Shown in pieces: positions 33,272 through 44,385 of a stretch of DNA of 64,000 nucleotides. The stretch spans positions 57,288,001 to 57,352,000 of the forward strand of contig NC_086375.1 in the NCBI RefSeq assembly GCF_036588685.1. The letters are read 5' to 3'. The DNA is from Mytilus trossulus (Eukaryota). Both the position numbers and the translations under genes were made by a program. Every line of letters begins with the position of its first letter. The first letter of the stretch is position 1. The notes below the pieces were generated by a model. It worked only from the letters and a program-made list of their open reading frames with translations, searched no databases and was not told the origin of the DNA.

Positions 33272-35531
33272 ATGGTGAACTTCGTTACTTTTGCCTTGGC
33301 GGCCGTCTTTATTGGCTTTTCAAGTTCTTTAGAAGATGATTTTAGCCGACTCTTTTATGACAACAAGGAAACGTTCGTAGATAAACGGATAGTTTTTGAA
33401 AATCCATTACCGAAATGGCTACGTGGTTCACTGGTAAGATATTTTCAATTTCTTGAATAAATCATTGGTATCCATCCTAATACTGAAAAAATTGCACATT
33501 GCACATCAACCTATATATATCTCAATAATTAAAGACCTACATTTCAAATAAGTATTTTGAAATTTATGATCTTTCAATGTATTTTTCAAGCAGTTTAACA
33601 TAAAAAATCACGAGACATATTTTTTTCAAATGCTTTACTCTTAAAAAACAAGCAGACACACACACATACTTGTTATGTATAGAAAAAAATGAACTGTCCC
33701 AGATGAAAAAGATGTCATTTACAAAAATGTTATCATTTTGAATTTCAGTTGCTAACATCATAGCTTTACAAGAGCCAGTTTAAATAAATCAATATTTGCC
33801 CTGCTATAAAAATCATGCCTTTATACAGTCAAATATAGTCACTTCAATTTAAAGCGGAAGGTTTAGTAAAAGGCTTCTCATTCATATTGAGAAGAACTTC
33901 TGTGAAGTTTGCATTTAGTGAATATAGAAACAAGCTGCAGAGAAGGCGAACACAGTTGGGGTTCATTAAAAACAATTAGTAATGGAGATGAGCATATTAT
34001 ATTTATTTCAGAGGTAAACTAATATGTAAACTTTTGTATTCAAAAGCGAAATTACTTTATGATACGCTGCAAATTATTATTTAGTTATAAAAACATTCAG
34101 TGTTTTCACGTCGATCACGAACTATATTTTCATTAATATTATTTACAGGTACGAACCGGTCCCGGGATGTTTGGAAATGGACCAAGAAATTTTACACATG
34201 CTTTTGATGGTTTTTCAAAGATTCACAGTTGGAAATTCTATGGAAATGGTTCAGCATCTTTTTCAACGAATTTTGTGCGTTCATCTGTCTATAACAATTC
34301 CATAAAAATAAACAATATTGACAATTACTTAACTTTCGAGAAGCCTATTCCACCATTTTCTTTAATGCAAGAGGAACTTGGGCTCTTGAAGGGAATGGAT
34401 AATATGAATATCAACGTTTATCGATTTTTGAATTCAGGTACGGGACAATATGAATATGCAACTTTATCAGATACATGGAAAATGTACCAAATAGACCCAC
34501 TTACGGTTGGAACCATTTCACCTGTAAATGCAATGAAACCATCAGTTCCACAAGACTTCGTTAGTTTGATGTCGTCCGCCCATCCAGTTCCGGAGTACGG
34601 CACAGGACACCATTTTACCTTTTTAACCAGCGTTAGTGTTCTTCCTGGAGTTCAGAGTCGATTATCACTCATGCGAATAAAATCTACACATGAAAGGGAA
34701 TTAGTTGCACAATGGGGAGTTGACAAGGCACCTTATATGCATTCTTTTTCTGTTACTCAAAATTACGTCATTCTGCTTGCTGCACCGTATTTTGTGAATG
34801 TAGAGTGGATGTTGAAAAATGCAGATGCCTATTCTGGGCTCCAATGGTTTCCCAAAGAAAAAGCTAATTTTTACGTTATTGAGATAAAAACTGGTAAAGT
34901 AACTGCTATCTCCACACCAATAACTAACCCTACACATCATGCAAATGCTTACGAAGAAGATAACAAAATTATAATTGATATATGCACAACTAAAGATCCA
35001 TTTTTCGCCACAACTTTTGAGGTTGGTGTAATTAGAGATGTAAACAAAAGAAATAAGGCAGACTATACGCCACTCTTCAGTCGATATACTATAAACGTAG
35101 AATCAAAAACAGCCATAGAAACAAAATTTCCACCTAATTCGTCGTTTCCTTTTCTAACCTATTTCGATATTCCTGCTATCAATGAAAACTATAGACATAA
35201 AAAGCATTGTTTTGTTTATGGCGTTTCATTTAAAAAAGACTTCAAATCTTTCGCTAGAACTGCACTTTTGAAAAAAGACACTTGTGGAAAAAATAAGGAC
35301 AATGCCTGGTCATTGGATGGGCATTTTCCAATGGAAATGTGGTTTGTTCCAAGACCAAACTCTACGGAAGAGGACGACGGTGTTCTACTCACTCCAGTTC
35401 TTGATGGAGCAAAGAAAGAAAGTTATCTGATGATACTCAATGCTACAACAATGACTGTGATGAATAGAGGTTACTTAAATACGTCACTTCCTTTCACCAT
35501 TCATGGTCGCTTCTTTCCGGATGTTGTTTAA
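33272..35531 (+). CDS. Carotenoid cleavage oxygenase paralogue 2, 514 aa, signal peptide (exons 33272-33433, 34149-35531)
   Basis: PKWLRGSL|VRTGPG, HAFDG, SAHP, YMHSF, HHANAYE, EDDGVLL, IHGRF; same intron position as paralogue 1; N-terminus MVNFVTFALAAVFIGFSSS. Confidence 0.92.
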
Positions 35532-36021
35532 ATATCAAATGCATCAATAACATTTAAAAAATGACTATTTCACGACATTCCTTTGTCAACATGCGGGTAT
35601 GTAGAGGCAAGTGAGCAACGTATCTGATATTTTTCACAGTCATCTAAACGTGAGTTTTGGAAAGTATGACTTGTTTATCAAACCGGAATGCATAAGAACA
35701 CAAAGCTTCTGACTGATTTATTGTCTTGGTTAAAACTCAAGATTTGTTCTTGCTTCTATTATACATGTTCTAAACTATATTTTGTTATCGACTAGCACAG
35801 TCCTTGCCACCAGTGCCCCAATTGAAGGTTTAAAAAAAATATCATATATTGGCGACGTTTACAGTGAATTAATCGTTTAGAAGTCTTTTTAAAACTGTTT
35901 GTTCTCTGTTGTTAGTATATGACATAACATGTTATCAAATATTGATTAAAAGCTTTGTCTATATTTCATGAATTTGCTTTTCAATAAAGATACATATAAT
36001 ACATATATGTGTTGCTGAGAC

Positions 36022-37320
36022 TCTTTCATTTTGCAATAATATTAAAACATTTGACTTTCTACGCTTTACACAAGTATTCCCGATTTCAAACTTAAAGACG
36101 AATTGAAAGAGTTGGTCTTGCTTAGTTTCATAAAAAAAAGAATGGTCAAAGTAGAAACAAGTGACTTGTGTTAGGCAGGGACAAAACCTACATTGTAATA
36201 ATCACTATGATTCAAACAAAAGATTCTCTGAAACTGACATTAATAAGATGATTGATGTATCGAATTACATCATATTTGGTACGTTTGAAGGATGTGTTTT
36301 TTTCCACAAATTATCGGCATTTCCATTGAAAAAACTGTGTCCCTCTTTTTGTCGACTTGTTCCTTTAATCACATGAGGCTGACTTCATACTGAAACTTCT
36401 TAGGAAGAAAGTAAAGAAGGTATCAGTATCCTTTAACTTTATTTTCGCTATCAAGATGATGTTCTCTCACTAAATAATTCAAAATTTGGTTACTATGTTG
36501 AACGTATCTATCACATCAAATTTGAGATCAAAGATACAAACGATAAGGTTAAGTCTGTCTCATATCTTGACTTACATTAAGGGTTGATTTGAAACAAAAC
36601 TTTACCACGAAAGAGATGATTTCAACTTCCCAATTGTGAACTGTATATTTCTATGTAGCAACATTCAGGAAGCGCCTGCATACAGAGTATATATCGCCGA
36701 TTGATACGATATTCCCAGACTGGTATTTTCTATCATGATTTCCTTCATAGAGAGTAGCGCTGCTCACAAGTAAGCTATTAACCCAAGAGTTCCAATGATT
36801 AAATCGTCCCTTTGCAAATTTAACAGACGCCATCATGAGTTGGTTGAGCGCTATGGAATATCCGTTTCACAGATGATAGCGGGTTTGGTTCTTATGCCTT
36901 AACTGTATTATCGTCCTCTTTTTACGAATGTTAGACTTATTACCGAGTTTACTTGTCTATCCCAAATTCATGTATTTGGTTTTCATGTTACATTTGTTAT
37001 TCTCGTGGTGTTTTGTCTGATGATTGGTCTGTTTCTGTGTGTGTTGCGTTTCGGTGTTGTGTCGTTGTTCTCCTCTTATATTTAATGCGTTTCGCTCGGT
37101 TTTGGTTTGTTACCCCGATTTTGTTTTTTGTCCATGGATTTATGAGTTTTGAACAGCGGTATACTACTGTTGCCTTTATTTATACTAACAAACATAAGCA
37201 ACAGGATCTGCTTACCCATCCGGATCATCTGAATTCACTTCAAATGTTTTGTAGGGTTCGTGTTGCTTAGTCTTAACTTTTCAAAGTTGTGTTTTGTGTG
37301 CTATTGTTTGTCGGTTGGAC
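36022..37320 (+). mobile_element. Degenerate Penelope-like retroelement, RT region plus 3' end
   Basis: Frameshifted translation gives KTFDF..LYTSIP, FRYQDDVLSLNNSKFG (36443 onward), SYLDL, TKLYHERDDFNFPIVN and SNI..APAY.VYI..LIRYS, typical of PLE RTs; interrupted by another repeat near 36950-37180. Confidence 0.75.
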
Positions 37321-37889
37321 TGTTGCGAGAGCCGAAAGCTATAGCAGTTAAATTTTCCACGCTTTTTTCTCAGTCTATAACTCATAATACTTTTTTTCTT
37401 CTTGTTCGTGTATCGTTTTGTTCTTTTTACTCCAAATAGTTAATTTAGTATACCAACCACTTACAAACATGAGACTTTAAAGATATGGAACCAATGAGTC
37501 GAAGAAAGACGGACAAAACCCAGACAAAAAGAAAATAAACAATCCACAACGCTACACATAAAACCAAAGGCCGAACAACAAACTCTACAAAAAGGGATAA
37601 ACTCCGGTGCTCTGGTATGGGAAGTAATCTTAATCCGGGTGGCGACCGCAAATCTTTAGCGAGATGGATGTTTCTTTGCAATTTAAAGTTCAAAAGCTTC
37701 CTTGTTCAAAATTCAATCTCTGTAAATGGAAGATCGACAGGAGCATTCGTTACCGACACATCTCGTTTGTACTGCCCATGGACTACCTTCTTTATTCAAG
37801 AATTAATGGAAGGTATCCCGCCAAGGAAAGTAAATAATGGGATAAAATTAAATCCTACTTAGAAAGCGAAATGCGAAACATGTAAATAA

Positions 37890-38180
37890 ACTCATCATAG
37901 ATACCAGGACTAAACTTTGTATATACGCCAGACGCGCGTTTCGTCTACAAAAGAATCATCAGTAACGATCGAATCCAAAAAAGTTAAAAAAGCAAAATAA
38001 AATACGAAGTTGAAGAGCATTGAGCACCAAAATTCTTGAATAAAAATTTCGGCAAAAACAGCTGCTAAGGGCAATATATGCCGGAGGTAGAAAAGCCTTA
38101 GTATTTCCAAAAATTCTAAATTTTGTAAACAGTTAATTTGAAAATATAACCATATCAATGATAATTCATGTCAGCACAAA
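37890..38180 (-). mobile_element. Partial retrozyme copy (family 1) with hammerhead at 37926-37967
   Basis: Reverse complement reads cgtta-CTGATGA-ttct(tttgt)agac-GAAA-cgcgc-GTC-tggcg; flanks are homologous to the 62.1-62.6 kb element; first stem II pair is mismatched. Confidence 0.8.
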
Positions 38181-40781
38181 TAGTGTGCCGTAACATTTAA
38201 AACAATTTTAGATACTAGTATCATTTCCAAAATCATTTCTTTTTGAGTCTATATTTGGTCAACAGGGTTTTAGTTACAGTCACAATGCAATACGAAAATT
38301 GTCTATGTGTCATCATGTGGCAGTTTGTACACAATGTGAACTGACACACAATTCGGTTGATTGAAAACAATTATGTCCGGCGACTACTTCAAACTTAACT
38401 ACTCGACATCACTGAATCTTTCGCTGAATCTGTGAAACATAATTTTTTAATAAACCCCTTCAATCCATTTCTCTTTGCACAAAGACAACATATTTAGGTT
38501 TTTTTTTACGAAAGTTGTCTCTATGTCATTTCCATTTGGTATTAAAGATTTGATATAACTCAATATAATTGATTTTTCTTCTTCGAGAAACAGCACATTG
38601 CATTGCACCTGAACTTTCTAACAGTGCGCAGTGTACATTTCTACTCCATATTTCACCTGGATACAATTTTATAGTTTCAATGTTAAGCTGTTTAGAGTTG
38701 AGTGTCGTAAATATACTTCCATAAATCTTATAAAGTAAAAGGGTGAAAACAAGGAGACCACTGTAATTTAAAGTCATATGAAACGAAATTCTGGTAATTT
38801 TTACTGTTAAGGAAATTTTGATTCAGTGATAAGTACTTTGAATACGTTTTTTTTTTTTTATCATTTATGTATTATAAATTCGTTACATATATTCGACAAA
38901 AAATATTGATTGTTGATCAAACACTATAAATTCTTATTAACTTTCGGGACTGTGCTGAATGTTACCCAATGTATGTAGTTTATATTATACAAATAACATA
39001 TGTATATATATACTAGGGGTACATCTGTGTACGCCTGACATGAGTGGCCAAAAATAACTTAACAATTAATACTGTTTTATAAATAAAGGCTACAGTAGTA
39101 TACCGCTGTTCAAAACTCATAAATCCATGGACAAAAAACAAAATCGGGGTAACAAACTAAAACCGAGGGAAACCTAGAAGGTTTATATGGAAATATATGG
39201 AAAAGTTGTCGATGTTTAAGGGTACGGGAAGATAATTATAATTAAAAAAAAATTGAGAATAGAAATTCAGAATGTGTCAAAAGAGCAGAAAGCAGTCCGA
39301 AGTAACCAATGGGTCTTCAGCTCAGAAAAAAAAATTATAATCCGAAGGCGTGCTTCAGCTGACCCCTAAACAAAATGTGCACTAGTTAAGTGAAAATGGA
39401 CGTCACACTTAACTCAAAAACATATGAATGAACCAAAATGAAAACACATACAAGACTAACAAAGGGATGAGGCTCCGTATTTTGAAAAGACAAAAAGATA
39501 TTGGTGTTAATTTGATAAAACAACGATTTGGAGAGAAAAAAAATCCTCTATACAACTATAAAACACTCTATTACATCAGGGTTTTCCAAAACAATCAAAT
39601 ATGTTTTACAATACTTAGAATTAGGTTTGCATAGTTGCTTGCACTTTGTTTGAACTTTATCGTTTCAAATGTTGGGGGAGGGGGGCAATCACCCAAAACA
39701 AGGATATTATATTATATTAGATTTATATAACCTCCTTATCCAAACTGACCAATACCCATACTTCATAATTTCTTTAAACAGGGTTGAGATCTCACTCAAC
39801 ATGTTTAATCCCGATGCATTTTTGCGCCTGTCTAAAGTCAGGAGACTCTGGCCTTGCTAGTCTTGTGTTTTGAATTCTGGTTCATTTATATGTGTAAGGT
39901 TGTAGCATCACGTCATTTTCACTGAATTAGCACACATGTTCGCTTTGGGGCCAGCTGAAGTCCGACAACGTTTGTGGGATTTTCTGTATTGGTGGACTTT
40001 TACAGGTGGTTTTTTATTCTTTGCTCGAGTTGTTGTCTCTTTGGCACATTTCCATTATTTATTATATGCATCATGTATTTCGCTCAATTATTTTGTTTTT
40101 CGTTTTTATTGTGTCCAAGGATATTTATACTGTGAAGGGATTCAACGGGAATCTACACTGTCAAAAGACAACAGTGTTAGTGGTTCATCCAATAGATATG
40201 GCAAATACGGAACAGGTAAAGGTCAACAAATTAGTTGGGGTTGTATGGTCAATGTATCAAACCACTGCTTAAACAACGTGAAGATTATTACATAGTTCAT
40301 AAAAGGTTGATGGTCATTACCTATATTTGAGCCATGTTAATGTCAAAGTTTTTCAGTCTAATGGCCTTAAGTGGTCCGCTGATAAAAAAAAAAAAGCCCT
40401 GGTATTTGATCTAAAAATAAGTGTTATCACTGAAAATGTGACCTCTTGCGTCCCAATTATTAATCAAATATTAGTTACAAACGTTGTTCACAATGGGGTT
40501 AATCAAATGGTATAATAATACTATCCGTTTAGATGCAAAATAAAGAGTGTTATCACATATTTGTTATGAATACCGTAGGTTTTGCATATGCAATAACCTC
40601 CAAATTGCCCGGGGCAAAAAAGACATATCCATATTGTGCCCTGTTCCAAATGACGTTACGTCATTGCATCCTCAAAAACACGTTTGTGATTATTTGCTTA
40701 AGATTTTACCTTTTATGTATCATAAAATTGTTATAATTTACGTTTTTTCTCTTTTCTGCAGAACTTAAATATGTGATAAAA

Positions 40782-40919
40782 AGATTATAACATGTCTTTT
40801 CCATATTGGCCCGGGTATCATCCCTCGACCAATATCGGCCCTCGGCTAAAGCCTCGATGCCGATATGGGAGTCTCGGGATGATACCAGGGCCAATATGGA
40901 AAAAGGCATGTTATAATCT
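40782..40919. mobile_element. Hairpin MITE with long TIRs
   Basis: agattataacatgtcttttccatattggcccgggtatcatccc ... gggatgataccagggccaatatggaaaaaggcatgttataatct. Confidence 0.75.
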
Positions 40920-43347
40920 ATACTTATATTAGGAAAGGATGAACACTTTACTCCACTTATCTGGTAACATCATCTTTTCAAAAAGGACAACAAAAAGTGA
41001 AATATAAGCAAAAAGGGCAAAAATAATCTTAAATTAAAATTGAGTAAAACTATTAACTCAACTTGAGGTTTAGCTGAGTTCCTGAGATAAAGTGTTTGAC
41101 TTATTACAAAATGAAGTATTATATGCCGTATTAGCCACGATAACACCGAAACATTACATATACAAGATAACTACCTCCTTATGTTCTTATTTACTGTGGG
41201 TAATCCCAAATTACCAAAAATATCACTTGAGCAATACATTCACATTGGGGAAATACGTAAGTATGTGTGCTTGCTACAAAGGAGAAGACTCAGTCACTGT
41301 TTGTTACACAGACAACACTGCGGATGAGATCCCTTCCTGATTTTTCGCTATATGGCTGTGGAAAGTATACCATAGATTGACAATGAATGAACAGAACGAA
41401 GTTGGGTTATAATTTTGTGAAAAATAGACTGGAAATAACGGGGGAAATAGAAGATGTTATTTGTGTATCCAGTGAAAAAAATCTTTAAGAGGAACATGTT
41501 GGTGTGCTTTAAATTAGTTTCACTTTCTTAACTCAATTTACATTTTCCAACATTTATTATTTGTTATCCTGTAATTGGTATTTTGTTATACTAATACAGA
41601 CGTTGAAATAAACTTGTGCATATAAATATTGTCTCCTGCCTAAATTGTGAGTGAACAATTTCAATCAAACGGAATAACTCTATGTGTATTGGGTGTAAAA
41701 AGTAAAATCACAAAAATACTGAACTTAAGATGAAAATCAATTAAGAAAGTTCATAATCACATGGCAAAATCAAATAGCAAAATGGGTACAGGCATTTTCA
41801 AATGTAGAAAATAGTAAATTACTTCCAAATAAAGTGGTTGAAATAGAAATTACATGACAAGTCTTGTTTCTGAATTTTTACCTAAACATAACACTTCTTC
41901 CCAAAAGCTATATCAATAAAGAACTGTGGACTTTCAAGTACCATTATAAAATAATCATACATTCTACTAATAAGAGAAAGCAAAAATGCATCAACATAGA
42001 CTTGAAATAAATCACAAAGTTTATGTTTCTGATTAAGAATATGATTTTAAAGGAATGAGCTTCCATTTTAAAAGTATTCTTTTGGATGCTATTCCAAAAA
42101 ATAAAGGAAATAAAATATACAGATCAATTAGTTATTTTTTTTATTATCTAAAAAGCCATTACAACAAACAACAAGTAACAGAACTGTAGGATCATTACAG
42201 TAATATGTTTTATGATTGAAGATTCATGAACATTATATTCATATTAGTGCAAATACTGCTTATCACAATGCATTAGCTGTACATTTTCATTTGTATCTGC
42301 TACCACATTTCAGTTATATATACCAAAAAATATTACTTTATATTTCATTCAGTACTGAGGATGTGCAAACTTGCACATATTTTAAAACTAGATTCAACTG
42401 TGTTTGACAGCTATCCCTGACCATTTTCTGATTTATTCAGGGTCTCCATAAACTCTTGCTTTGTCAGACAACCAAGTCATTCACATGAAATCTATGCAAC
42501 TTATTAATTCACCATCAAACTTATAATTATCAAATATTAATGCACATAGATTTCCATATCATTTTATTTCAGACACCCTTTATCATAAAATAACATATCA
42601 TTTTATCATCAATATTTTGAAAGTTAGAAGTGTTTTCATATATGAAATATGTTGGGTTTTTCATACTGGATAGTCTTTTTATCTAAAAACATAAATCATA
42701 TTCAACAAATGATCTAATTATTTTATCTAATCACAACATGCAAATTTTATCAAATATTACACAAGTATTGACTTTGATGATTTAAACCAATGTATCAACT
42801 GATAACAAAAGTCAACAATTGTTTTATATTCATATGACTTTTTAATCTATTCTGAATTTTATAGTATTTGCTCATGATATTTAACTAATTTCTAACTACA
42901 GGATATATCATTTTCTATGGAAGTTGCTGACTTTTATCAGTTCACAGGTTAACTGGCTAGTGGACCAGTAGTTAAGCTACTTAGAGTTACAGATGCCCCC
43001 TGATTGACAATGAGACAGAACTTTAATCTGAAATAGGTTCACCACATGACCCTTTCATATGCTATAAGTATACTATGAACTTTTATCATGGAGAGGTAAA
43101 ACTTTGTCATGTCAAATCTGGTTCTGGGTGACATTGTAAATAAAAGTAAAAAAAGTCACTTGATTTTTAAAACCAATTAAACTTGAAGTAATACATTGAA
43201 CTGTGACAGCATGCATTGAAATTAGGTTGGTGATGGTTGGTCAAAAGGCAGATTTGAGGGAGCTTTTGATTTATAACATTAACAATGTATATCAACAATC
43301 AACAAACTTATACCCCCTTTCAAGGTAACTGCATGGAATGAAACTGG

Positions 43348-43576
43348 TACTGTATATTCAGAAATTATTTACAGGTTTCATTTACGCGAAAACTGTGACT
43401 ATTAAAGATTAGCAAAAATTAACAATAGCATGGTAGAATTTGATACATATATCTGTATCATGCCTGCAATTTTTCCTGATATCACAATATTGAATAATCA
43501 ATTATAAATTTTGGTTGGTCCTGCCATGTCAGTATCGCATTAATAAATCCTTGCAATAATTTCTGATTTCACATTA
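43348..43576. mobile_element. Degenerate TA-flanked MITE
   Basis: tactgtatattcagaaattatt / aataatttctgatttcacatta. Confidence 0.6.
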
Positions 43577-44385
43577 CTTGACTGTTTGCATTTGAAAGTG
43601 TAAAAGAAAAGTGGGTATCTAGGGGGAAAAAATTACATCACAGCCAATTCATGAACAATTATAAGCATTATGCATTTTTGTATGGCTGAATATTCAACTT
43701 TAATGGTGTATTCATTCTGTTGCACAAATTTTCTGAGAAAAGTGTGACAAAAATATTTGTGGGACAAAGTGTCAAATTGCCAGATAAATGAACATACAAA
43801 TAAATGGACGGATGCAGTGATTCCAAGAAGATGTGTAATTTTCTTATACTGGTGAAAAAAAAGTAAAAAAGTTTAAAAGTATGCTTTTGATGAGAAAAAA
43901 ACCCTATATTTACATAATATGATATACATGATATGAGTATGAATGAAATTGATACGCTTCAGAGAACAATACCAATGCATGATTTAATATAACAAATGAC
44001 TTGATTATTAAATGAAGATCAAATATTTTTAACACTTTCTGATGGTCAGAGCATGTAAAATATGTCTTTTGGTAAATGCAACGATTTATGGAACTATGGT
44101 TTCCTGCATTGAATTTGATTTTTCAAACTGTGAGCATCTTTTCATAAGATATAAAAAAAAAATCAAAGTGCCGTTTACTAGTACCCTCATTCTATGGATG
44201 CATCTTTAGGCAGGCCCTCATGGTAAAGGTCAGCAAAACAGTATGACCTTGAGCATGATCATAACTACAGCATTCAGAACTTTAAAATATAAACATTGAA
44301 CACGTTGGGTATTCTCGCATTACAAATAAATATTTCTTCACCCTTCATACGATCAAACTGAATTTCAAATATCTGTCAGAGAATT

